Assembly: GCA_963665115.1 (NCBI GenBank)
Contig: OY762007.1
Span: 1,152,001-1,216,000 of the forward strand
Length of the DNA stretch: 64,000 nucleotides
Direction of reading: 5' to 3'
From: an uncultured Rivularia sp.
GTDB taxonomy: Bacteria; Cyanobacteriota; Cyanobacteriia; Cyanobacteriales; Nostocaceae
Shown: positions 10,973-20,265 of the stretch, piece after piece
How the letters are laid out: each line of letters begins with the position of its first letter
How positions within the stretch are numbered: the stretch's first letter is position 1
Program-made: the position numbers and the translations under genes
The notes under the pieces: generated by a model
What the model was told of the DNA's origin: nothing
The model's database searches: none
What the model saw: only the letters and a program-made list of their open reading frames with translations

Positions 10973-12560
10973 ATGATTAAAAGCTTTAAATTCTTCTTTC
11001 TTCTTTCTTCTTGCTTCTGCTTTCTCTTAACTACTCCTGTCAAAGCAGAATCTGGGATGAGCCAGGTAACGAATGTCAATCAATTAAGCGATGTTCAACC
11101 AACTGATTGGGCGTTTCAAGCTTTGCAATCTTTGGTTGAAAGGTATGGTTGTATTGCTGGATATCCCAACGGCACTTTTCGCGGCAATCGGGCTATGACT
11201 CGTTATGAATTCGCTGCTGGGCTTAATGCTTGTTTGGATAGAGTTAATGAATTGATTGCAACTGCTACTACTGATGTGGTTAGTAGGCAAGATTTAGAAG
11301 TTTTGCAGAGGTTACAGGAAAGTTTTGCTGCTGAATTAGCAACTTTACGCGGTAGGGTAGATGCTTTAGAAGTGCGTAGTGCGGAATTAGAAGCCAATCA
11401 GTTTTCTACAACTACTAAGTTGAGGGGACAAGCAATTTTTGCTGTTAACGGTGGTGGTTTTGATGGGAACAGTATTATTGATGCTGCTGGGAGAACAGTT
11501 GCTAATGATGACCCCAATACCACAATGATATTTAGGGCTGGATTCGATTTAGATACCAGCTTTAACAAAACTGACTTATTAAAAATGCGTTTGGAAGCCG
11601 GAAGCGGTATATTAGGGCCAAACGGCCAACCCGACGGTGGTAGAGATAATGCCGCAGGTTTCTTGGAACCATCTTTCGGAAGTGCTTTGGATTATTCGAT
11701 TAATCCCCCTACAGACAGGGATATCGAGTTATCGAGACTTTATTACACCTTTAAACCCAGTCAAAATTTAGCAGTTACCATCGGGCCCGAGTATGCGTGC
11801 TTCTGATTTTTTAGACTTTAATAGTTATGCCAAACTCAGTTTCCGCGACTTTAGTACTCAAGCCTTTGTTAATAACTATGTAATGTTCCCCATCGAGTTT
11901 CCCAGTGCTGGTGCATTAATTGATTGGAAACCCAATAAAGGAGCTTTTTCCGTCAGGGCTGCTTATACCGCAGCAGATGCAGCAAATCCCAGCAACCAAG
12001 GCGGAATTATTGGCAATGCGCCTTTTATTAACGTACTCTATGACACCCCCAATCCTGGTTCACCTCCCGGAGTTGGAGGGGAGCGGGGTTTATTTGGGGA
12101 TAATTATCAAGGTGTAGTGGAAGTCGAATTTTCCCCTTCAAGGGATTTAGCTTTACGTTTGCAGTATAGCGGTGGAGAAGTATTTGATAACCATTTTGAA
12201 GCAATCGGAGCCAATTTAGAATTAACTCTTGCTAAGAAATTGGGTATATTTGGACGCTATGGTTACAGTAATTATGACAATACTCGGTTCGGCGATATCA
12301 GCCCTAATTATTGGATGGCTGGAGTTGCATTTAGAGACTTATTTACTAGAGGAGCTTTAGCTGGTGTAGCAGTCGGACAGCCTTTTATAGCAAACGAAAT
12401 CGGAAATTCAACCCAGACAAATTACGAAGCATTTTACAACTATCCAATTAGCCGCAACGTGCAAATTACACCCACACTGCAAATAATTGAAAACGCCGCC
12501 AATCAAGATGCTAACGGAACGATTTATACCGGAACGCTGCGGACTACTTTTTCGTTTTAG
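10973..12560 (+). CDS. Cyanobacterial SLH-domain outer-membrane porin (OprB/iron-uptake porin family), +1 frameshift at about 11788
   Basis: Signal peptide, SDVQPTDWAFQALQSLVERYGC, QFSTTTKL and C-terminal GTLRTTFSF. The two ORFs join by deleting one C in GGGCCCGAG. Confidence 0.9.
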
Positions 12561-12589
12561 AGAGGGGGGAGAGGGGGAGACATTATTAA

Positions 12590-12802
12590 AGTAGTGAGTA
12601 GTGAGTAGTGAGTAGTGAGTAATGAGTAATAAGTAGTGAGTAGTGAGTAGTGAGTAATGAGTAACAAGTAGTGAGTAGTGAGTAGTGAGTAATGAGTAAC
12701 AAGTAGTGAGTAGTGAGTAGTGAGTAGTGAGTAATGAGTAATAAGTAGTGAGTAGTGAGTAATGAGTAATAAGTAGTGAGTAGTGAGTAGTGAGTAATAA
12801 GT
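12590..12802. repeat. Long STRR heptamer tract (AGTAGTG/AGTAATG/AGTAATA), about 30 units
   Basis: Directly visible tandem array between the porin and trpD. Confidence 0.95.
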
Positions 12803-12924
12803 AAAAATAGACGGGCAGAAGTACCGACATTTATGAAAATAATAAAAAAGTGATTTACTTGCTACTCTCTACTCCCTACTCCCTACTCAATACTATTCCC
12901 AATGCCCAATTACCAAATATAAAA

Positions 12925-13989
12925 ATGATTCAAACTTTAACAAAAAATTGGTCTACATTTTTGCAACAGTTACTTTCGGGTGAATCTCTGGAAGTTTCTC
13001 AAGCTGCGGATTTAATGCAGGGTTGGCTAACTCAAAGTATTCCGGATGTGTTGTCTGGTGCGATTATTACGGCTATTCAAGCGAAAGGTGTTTCTGTTGA
13101 AGAGTTGTTGGGAATGGTGGAGGTTTTACATTCTCAATCGGTAAAACCGGATAGTGAAATTATTATCGGGGATTTACCTTTTATTGATACTTGCGGAACT
13201 GGTGGAGATGGAGCTTCAACCTTTAATATTTCTACAGCGGTTGCTTTTGTCACGGCTGCTTGTGGTGTGAAGGTTGCTAAACATGGTAATCGTTCTTCTT
13301 CGGGTAAAACTGGTTCTGCTGATGTGTTGGAAGCTTTGGGTGTTAATCTTAAAGCCGATACCCAAAAAGCTACAGCTGCTTTAGAATCTGTGGGAATAAC
13401 CTTTTTATTTGCACACAATTGGCATCCAGCATTAAAGGCGATCGCACCATTACGAAAAACTCTCAAAGTCCGCACTGTATTTAATTTACTCGGTCCTTTA
13501 CTCAATCCTCTCAAACCTACGGGACAAGTTATTGGCGTTAATAGTCCGGTTTTGATCGAAACCTTTGCTAAAGTACTGCATAACTTGGGAACTCGTCGCG
13601 GTGTTGTACTCCACGGTAGGGAAAAATTAGACGAAGCAGGCTTGGGAGATAAAACAGATTTAGCAGTTTTATCCAACGGAGAAATAGAGATAGTGGAATT
13701 AGAACCCGAAGAATTGGGTATTAGTGCAGCACCTATTAGCAGCATCAAAGGTGGGGAAGTTGCAGAAAATGCACATATCCTAAAAGCTGTTTTGCAAGGT
13801 AAAGGAACTCAGCAGCAGCAAGATGTAGTAGCTTTAAATGCTGCTTTGGCATTGTATGTGGGTGAAGCTGTTGCAGATAAAGGTGATCATTCGCAGACTT
13901 TTGCCGATGCTGTGGTATTAGCGAAAGATGCGTTGAATAGTGGGGAGCCTTGGCGAAAATTGGAAGAATTAGCGGGGTTTTTGAAGTAG
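12925..13989 (+). CDS. trpD: Anthranilate phosphoribosyltransferase
   Basis: [30 protein letters not shown] and [13 protein letters not shown]. Confidence 0.97.
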   Translation: MIQTLTKNWSTFLQQLLSGESLEVSQAADLMQGWLTQSIPDVLSGAIITAIQAKGVSVEELLGMVEVLHSQSVKPDSEIIIGDLPFIDTCGTGGDGASTFNISTAVAFVTAACGVKVAKHGNRSSSGKTGSADVLEALGVNLKADTQKATAALESVGITFLFAHNWHPALKAIAPLRKTLKVRTVFNLLGPLLNPLKPTGQVIGVNSPVLIETFAKVLHNLGTRRGVVLHGREKLDEAGLGDKTDLAVLSNGEIEIVELEPEELGISAAPISSIKGGEVAENAHILKAVLQGKGTQQQQDVVALNAALALYVGEAVADKGDHSQTFADAVVLAKDALNSGEPWRKLEELAGFLK

Positions 13990-14220
13990 TTTATTGAATA
14001 ATAAATCCCGAAATGATGTAGAGACGGCGTGCACAGTGCAACGTCTCTATTTTATTGTTTTTTAATGCCAATCAAAATGTTTTTCTAAATTTATTTTAAT
14101 ATACTATTTTGCTTGCTTTGCCTGTAAATAAAGTCCAATTGGCAAGACAATTAAATCAAAATATGAAATTCTTCTATTAAATATAAATTTTAGTTTTGCA
14201 GCAAAATTTTAAGTTAAGAC

Positions 14221-14248
14221 TGCATAATTGAACCAAAATTCACCTATA
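14221..14248 (+). promoter_or_regulatory. Candidate bipartite promoter TGCATAA-N15-CCTATA
   Basis: Motif match, separated from the GMC oxidase start by an inserted MITE. Confidence 0.6.
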
Positions 14249-14268
14249 GAATTAATAGGACAAACTAT

Positions 14269-14471
14269 TAGACATCTCCGGAAATCAATAAGAACCCCTC
14301 TCCATGAACGCGTTCACGCCTTCGGCGTGCGGCTCAGCGTTTTCTCGTAGAGTACCTCTCCCCCACAGGGAGAGAGGCTTAATTTTCCCCCTTCCCTCGT
14401 AGGGAAGGGGGTTAGGGGGTTAGGTTTTACCGAAAAGTTGAAACCATACAAATGTTTTCCGGAGATGTCTA
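14269..14471. mobile_element. MITE with perfect 16-bp terminal inverted repeats and nested palindromes
   Basis: TAGACATCTCCGGAAA (14269-14284) and TTTCCGGAGATGTCTA (14456-14471). Confidence 0.75.
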
Positions 14472-14511
14472 TTCAATCAAAACAATTAATAAGCAGATCG
14501 GGAAATCAAAT

Positions 14512-16071
14512 ATGTCACCTAAATTCAAGCGTCGTCAATTCCTTCAAGCTTCGTTAGCAGCTACTGCAAGTATAGGTGCTTACAACCTTCGTACTTTTGC
14601 CGAGCGCTCAGAAGAACGTGTAGAAGCTGTAGTTATCGGTAGCGGTTTTGGTGGAGCAGTAGCTTCCTTAAGGCTTGCTCAAGCAGGAATTGAAACAGTT
14701 GTACTGGAGCGCGGACGACGATGGGAAATCACTGACGCGGGTGATACTTTTTCTACCTATGAAAAACCTGATGGTCGCTCTACTTGGTTGAGTCCAACTA
14801 CAATTATTTCCGGAGAAACTCCCATTGATGTGTATACAGGAGTTCTGGATATTAAGGTAGGTGATGGGGTTAGTGCCTTACGGGGAGCGGGTGTAGGTGG
14901 TGGCTCCCTTGTATATAATGCTGTTACCTATCAGCCAACTGAAGAACTTTTCTACAGAGCTTTTCCACGGAACATAAATTACGAAGAACTCGATAGAGTT
15001 TATTATCCAAGGGTGCGTTCGATTCTTAAACCGTCCCTCATACCCGATGATATCCTTGAAAGTCCATTTTATTTAACCAGTCGTATAGTTTTAGAGCAAG
15101 CAGCAAAGGCGAATTTAACAGCTCGCAAAGTTGATATGAATGTTGATTGGGATATTGTTCGTCAGGAAATTGCCGGTACAAAAGTTCGGAGTGCGATCGA
15201 TGGTCAAGTATACTATGGCATCAATAGTGGAGCAAAACAAAGTTTAGACCGTAATTACCTTTCGATGGCAGAGGCTACTGGTTTCGTTGAGATACGACCT
15301 TTGCATATGGTAATGGAGATAGAGGAAGTAAATCGCGGGCGTTTCCGTATAATAAGCAATCAAATCGACGAGCAAGGAAATGTAGTTGCACAGAAAAATA
15401 TTGTTTGTAAATATCTATTTTTAGCAGCTGGTTCTATTGGAACTACAGAACTTTTATTACGTGCTAAAAATAATCGTAAATTGCGCCGTCTCAACAACCA
15501 ATTAGGAAAACGATGGGGAACTAATGGAGATACGGTTGGTGCTGTCCTTACTTCAATGCAAACCAATCCCACAGAGGGGGGACCTGGGGCTACAGTAATT
15601 GAAGACTTCGACAACCCGATAACTCCTTTGGTATTTGAACAAGTTCCTTTTCCTGGTTTACCGGAAGGCGTTTATAGTGGTGTAAGTCTTGCTATGACAA
15701 CGCCGGAGGGTTCTCTAATTTATAATCCTTCTACTAAAACAGCCGATTTAGTTTGGCCTGAGAATTCAGCCAACAATCAAAAAATTAAACAGGCTAATCT
15801 TGATTTTTTCCAACGACTAAACGAAGCTAACGGTACAACTTTAGCTCAACAACCAGATGATAGTCTTACCGCTCATCCCCTTGGTGGTGCAACAATCGGC
15901 GCTGTATGCAGTCCTTACGGTAGAGTTCGCGGTTATCGTAATTTGTTTGTTGTTGATGGTGCTTTTATCCCTGGCTCTACAGCCTGCGCCAACCCTTCTC
16001 TTACCATTGCGGCTTTAGCGGAGCGTAATATGGATAGATTTCTTAATAGATACCGCAAACGCGATTGTTAA
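14512..16071 (+). CDS. GMC oxidoreductase, cholesterol-oxidase-like, Tat-exported
   Basis: Tat motif KRRQFL, VIGSGFGG, GVGGGSLVY, LAAGSIGTTELLLRA, AHPLGG and ANPSLTIAALAER. Confidence 0.88.
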   Translation: MSPKFKRRQFLQASLAATASIGAYNLRTFAERSEERVEAVVIGSGFGGAVASLRLAQAGIETVVLERGRRWEITDAGDTFSTYEKPDGRSTWLSPTTIISGETPIDVYTGVLDIKVGDGVSALRGAGVGGGSLVYNAVTYQPTEELFYRAFPRNINYEELDRVYYPRVRSILKPSLIPDDILESPFYLTSRIVLEQAAKANLTARKVDMNVDWDIVRQEIAGTKVRSAIDGQVYYGINSGAKQSLDRNYLSMAEATGFVEIRPLHMVMEIEEVNRGRFRIISNQIDEQGNVVAQKNIVCKYLFLAAGSIGTTELLLRAKNNRKLRRLNNQLGKRWGTNGDTVGAVLTSMQTNPTEGGPGATVIEDFDNPITPLVFEQVPFPGLPEGVYSGVSLAMTTPEGSLIYNPSTKTADLVWPENSANNQKIKQANLDFFQRLNEANGTTLAQQPDDSLTAHPLGGATIGAVCSPYGRVRGYRNLFVVDGAFIPGSTACANPSLTIAALAERNMDRFLNRYRKRDC

Positions 16072-16308
16072 GCAGTAATTAGCATTTTTGGCAAATTAAT
16101 TTGTACAGACGCTACATTGTAATGTCTGTATTATTTTGGGATATCGCAGATTATTTTTTCAACGCGGAGGATAATACAGAGTTTTAGGTTGGTTATTTTT
16201 AACTGTTCCGGTAAGGGAATAAAATAAAAGGAGATCGCTCTCATGTGATAAAGTGATGTAGCAATCTTTAACCAACCTTTCTCAAGTCTCTAAAGTATTA
16301 AAAACAAG

Positions 16309-16698
16309 ATGAATAAATTTTCCGGCTTAATTTTAATTCTGTATATAATGATTATGGGATGCGGTCGCAATACTATAAATAACAACCCCGTTCCCGAAAA
16401 TACCAACAATACTACAACTAACACTTCTAGCCCTAAAACCATCGAACTTTACGTTGACTCTAAGCGGGTTGATTGTGTTGGTGTTGCTCCCCAAAAGTGC
16501 CTGCGTACAAGAACAGATCCTAATAGTGAATGGCAATTTTTCTATAACGATATTGAGGGATTTGATTATGAAGAAGGATTTATCTATAAGCTGAAAGTTA
16601 ATACATTCGATGTAGAGAATCCACCCGCAGATGCATCGTCAATTCGCTATGAATTAAATGAAGTTATTAGCAAAACAGCGGTTGAGAATAGTAATTAG
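16309..16698 (+). CDS. DUF4377-type lipoprotein
   Basis: Lipobox IMGC, DCVGVAPQKCL, IEGFDYEEGF and PPADASSIRYEL. Confidence 0.8.
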   Translation: MNKFSGLILILYIMIMGCGRNTINNNPVPENTNNTTTNTSSPKTIELYVDSKRVDCVGVAPQKCLRTRTDPNSEWQFFYNDIEGFDYEEGFIYKLKVNTFDVENPPADASSIRYELNEVISKTAVENSN

Positions 16699-16872
16699 TT
16701 TTAGTATAAAATAAGTTTTATACTAAAATTAAAATAAATTAATTAAATAAGCTTTTATCCAACGATCCGATAATTAAATAAATGATTCGCTGCTCGATTG
16801 TTGTTGAAGCGTGAAAATTAACTGTTCCTTTATCTGGAATAATAGCGGAGTTCAAAATACTGATGCTCCAAT

Positions 16873-17043
16873 GTTGGGTTACGACGCGATATCAATTTTT
16901 GGTTATAATTTATTCTTTTTCGTGCGTCTAACCCAACCTACAAAGAACTGTTGCGGTAAGCGAATAAAACATAATTAAAATACCAATAATCCAATGTTGG
17001 GTTACGACGCGATACTCTTATCCGTGTATCTAACCCAACCTAC
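16873..17043. repeat. Two REP-like units (GTTGGGTTACGAC...CTAACCCAACCTAC)
   Basis: Paired stem-loops; the same family occurs at about 58400-58472. Confidence 0.7.
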
Positions 17044-17052
17044 GAGAATACT

Positions 17053-18228
17053 TTATAAATACAAAGCTTCATATTCATAATCATCGGATATGGGTTCTGT
17101 TTTCCATACCAAACCTTCTTCTTCTTCACCTAAAGCAATATCTACATAAAGTCTTTCTACGGGTTTTTTGGCTTGGGCTTGGTTGCCGTCGAATGGCTGT
17201 AAGTCTTCTGTTAATAACATTAATTTTACGCCGACGGGAATCATTTCTCCCACGGCGGCAGGTCGTAATTCAAAGCGCCAGGTTCTATTTTGAATTTCAC
17301 CTTTTGCTTTTACTGATAGTTCGTATTCCGAACCCGAGATAGTAATCCTTTTAATTAATGTTGGTAGCTGTACTGGTGCTGCTATTCCTCTGGCACCTGC
17401 TAAATTTTGTTGTAGATCTGCGCTTGCCCAACCAAATGTTTGTGCAAATTCGGAAACTCCGTTTTGCATCCATTGGCGAATTGACCACTGTCTTTGCATT
17501 CCTTGACGTTTTTCGTACAATCCCTGTCTCCAGGCTCCATGCTCTAACAGCGCTCCCCATGAACTAAAAGGTATTTCTTGACGGGGGTTGATTAATTGGG
17601 GATTTCCTAAACGAGTTATTAAGTTTTCTGCTTGGGTTGTAGATAATTCCGCCATCGGAACAGTTTCATTTTTAGTGATTTCTTCGGGACAAAGTTGACG
17701 CGATATCCATAAAATACTTAAGTTGGAAATTAAATCTTCTTTGTCTAAACAATAAGCTTTTTCGTTAGCGTCGTAAGTTGCTTTTTCTTTTAAATTTACT
17801 TGGGATGTATAACCCCAAATTCTGATATATCCTTCTTCTACATTTACCTGTACTGCTACATAATAATCGGCGCTCCATTTGGGAATGTCTACCCATTCTT
17901 GAGGAATTCTTAATTCCGATATATCAAGAGCTTCGCTGGGAATCAATACCAATTTTTTATCGTTAAAAGAAATTCCCGTTCCGTTGGTAACTTCCCAAAT
18001 GCTTGGTAATGTTGCAGAGTTAGGAAATACTTTTGCGTCTGAAGAGTGTTCTTCTTTTAACCAAGGTAAAAATGCTTTTAAGCTTAAGCGGTTGAGATAA
18101 GCCATCCAACGACGATTGTCTGTAGAAAAGGCTTGGCTCTGCTCCCAAATTTTGCTTTGTTGCTCTTCGGGAATTTCCAACCATAGGTTTGTAGGATTGT
18201 TTAAAGTCAGCGTTTCTAAGTCAATCAT
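17053..18228 (-). CDS. DUF1822 family protein (candidate anti-sigma partner)
   Basis: ELRIPQEWVDIPKWSADYYVAVQVN and YIRIWGY. Directly downstream of a sigma-like gene; paralog of 55137-56384. Confidence 0.82.
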   Translation of the reverse strand: MIDLETLTLNNPTNLWLEIPEEQQSKIWEQSQAFSTDNRRWMAYLNRLSLKAFLPWLKEEHSSDAKVFPNSATLPSIWEVTNGTGISFNDKKLVLIPSEALDISELRIPQEWVDIPKWSADYYVAVQVNVEEGYIRIWGYTSQVNLKEKATYDANEKAYCLDKEDLISNLSILWISRQLCPEEITKNETVPMAELSTTQAENLITRLGNPQLINPRQEIPFSSWGALLEHGAWRQGLYEKRQGMQRQWSIRQWMQNGVSEFAQTFGWASADLQQNLAGARGIAAPVQLPTLIKRITISGSEYELSVKAKGEIQNRTWRFELRPAAVGEMIPVGVKLMLLTEDLQPFDGNQAQAKKPVERLYVDIALGEEEEGLVWKTEPISDDYEYEALYL

Positions 18229-18287
18229 AATTGCGGGCTTCCTTTTGATAATAATACGATTAATGTAAATTTATTTCTTTGTTCAAT

Positions 18288-19482
18288 TCAATTTAACTCT
18301 TGAGGTTTATAGTAGTTTTGTAGCCACTCCTCTAAAACTGTACTCATATAATCTAGTACCGACGAGTCTAAGGAAATATGCATCGATTCTTTTGTCCAAG
18401 TTGCTAGCTTGATTAGTAACATATCTTTACATTTACTGAGCTTACGAGAAATAGTGTATTGTTTTACTCCTAGTTCTTTCGCTATCTGGGATTGGTTTAA
18501 GTCTCCCCGGTAATAGTATTTGATGATATTTTGACCTTGCTCATCTAGCTCCCCGATGGCAGTGATTAATACATCACCGATCTTCGATTGCTGCGATTTT
18601 CGTTCTTCAATTTCTTCTTGAACTTCAATTTGCGAAAGTAAAGAATCTTGCCTGAGTTGCGGTAAAATATCTTGAAATTCTCCCGAATTATCTCCGGTAG
18701 TTGCATTCAAGGAAGTCATGTTGGGATAAAGATAAGCTCGTATTGCTTTAGCACAAGCAACCAAACATTTCTCTGCGGTTTCACCTTTACATTCGGGGGC
18801 CACTTTGAGAAAGTTGATGACGCTCTTTGTTATAAAGTTGAGCGATGCTTTGCCATACAGCATCATCGGGCTTTGCTAGTTTGCGAGTTCCCTTTTCTTT
18901 CCGGGGAGCGTACAAAGCTTGATAGGATTTCCATACAAGTACGTACCTTTCGACAATTTGGGGACTTAATCCAGCATTTTCTAAAGATTCTATCAAGCGT
19001 TTTTGAGTTACTTTTCGCAACAATCGCCAATCTGTGGAAATATCAACTTCTTTTTGCTGACGCAGTAATTCTTTTAATTCGCTGCTGAATATGGCGCTGG
19101 CGTAGTTTTTGATATTAAAACCCATATTGGGCTTAAAACCTTGCAATACTTTATCAGTTTTAGTGGCGATCGCTTGGAAGCAATCTGACAAAGTATATTG
19201 TCCACTTGAGAAATTAGTCGCTGTTTTATTGGCTGCCCAATAGCAAACTTCCTGTAAGTAAGCCGTTAAATGTCCGCTTGCTAAATTTTGGCTTTGAGAT
19301 TGCCATTCTTTGTACCAGTAAGACACCCAGAAATCTTCAGAATCTTCAGGCTTTGATAATTTTTGCTGACAATTGGTAATATTTCGCCGCAATCTACCAT
19401 CGCTAGCCCAACCGATGGCTCTATCTGCATCAAATTGCAGAAAAGTTGCAAATAATTCAGTTATTCCTTGACGAGAACGCAT
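18288..19482 (-). CDS. Sigma-70-family (HetZ-like) factor, +1 frameshift at about 18797
   Basis: MRSRQGITELFATFLQF, HLTAYLQEVCYWAA and a region-4 HTH (LNQSQIAKELGVKQYTISRKL). The ORFs join (SQSGP|ECKGE) on deleting one C. Confidence 0.82.
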
Positions 19483-19516
19483 AAATTTTACCACTCACGA
19501 ATGCATTATTACATCA

Positions 19517-19545
19517 TATATACAGGAATTTATATAGTATATGCA
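19517..19545 (-). promoter_or_regulatory. Degenerate copy of the TGCATA motif upstream of sigma gene 1
   Basis: Minus strand reads TGCATATACTATATAAATTCCTGTATATA; TATA at +25 but the CC is displaced. Confidence 0.4.
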
Positions 19546-19702
19546 GTTTTGTACTGTATCGACTATTGTAGATTCCTTGTTTTTAAAAGATTTAAAAATT
19601 TTATCTTTGATTATTTATGATTAAATTGTTACGAAAGAGTCAATTTTGTCAATACTTCTGAATAGGTAATTTTCAAGAAAGTGGAAAATTGGGATGCTCA
19701 AC

Positions 19703-19730
19703 TGCATAATTGACTAAATCTTCCCCCATA
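19703..19730 (+). promoter_or_regulatory. Candidate bipartite promoter TGCATAA-N15-CCCATA
   Basis: Motif match, divergent from sigma gene 1 and pointing toward the caspase gene. Confidence 0.6.
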
Positions 19731-20265
19731 GTATTAGTAGGGAACTATTACAGAAGTTGTAAAAAGCAAATGCTTAAAACTTACAGCATATTTAGTTTTG
19801 GTGAAGTACATTCTGACGGGCAGGGATGCCCATCCCACAAGACTTTCGGAATATAGTTTTGTACCTCATTTAGCTGCAAAGGGCTGTATTTTAATTATTG
19901 ACGACGGTTGCTTGGCAATGCAAATGTATGGTTCTTTGCTCCCGTTGTAACTATAAATATCCTATTGCTAAATATTCTTCCCTACTTCTTCTCGATTGCT
20001 GATTATCTTTAAACTATGGAAAATTTGATAGTTGAATCGTCAAAGCAAAGTTATAGAAAAGTTGAGTCGATTGTGACGAAGGATATTCCCTCATTTTTCT
20101 ATATGGATTGTTTATAATTCGAGTTATATAACTATAAATGCGATCTATTAAATTTATATTAAAATTTTGTGAAACATATTGAAAAAAGCAGGTTTATATG
20201 TGATAGCGGTTCAACTGGTGACGTTTTCCTAACTGTAGAAGAAGATTATTAGAGGTTTAGTAATT

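Noticed and set aside
12408..12830. 140-aa ORF of LLTTHYS repeats
   Set aside because: It is the translation of an STRR heptamer tract; the same applies to 24177-24419 and the extensions at 10907 and 12850.
13134..13748. Long antisense ORFs (also 61527-62150 and 45871-47037)
   Set aside because: They are opposite-strand shadows of well-supported genes.
3877..13989. Scytonemin cluster
   Set aside because: It shares trp/aro genes, but no scyA/B/C, tyrA, tyrP, aroB, trpC or ebo genes are visible; they cannot be excluded outside the window.
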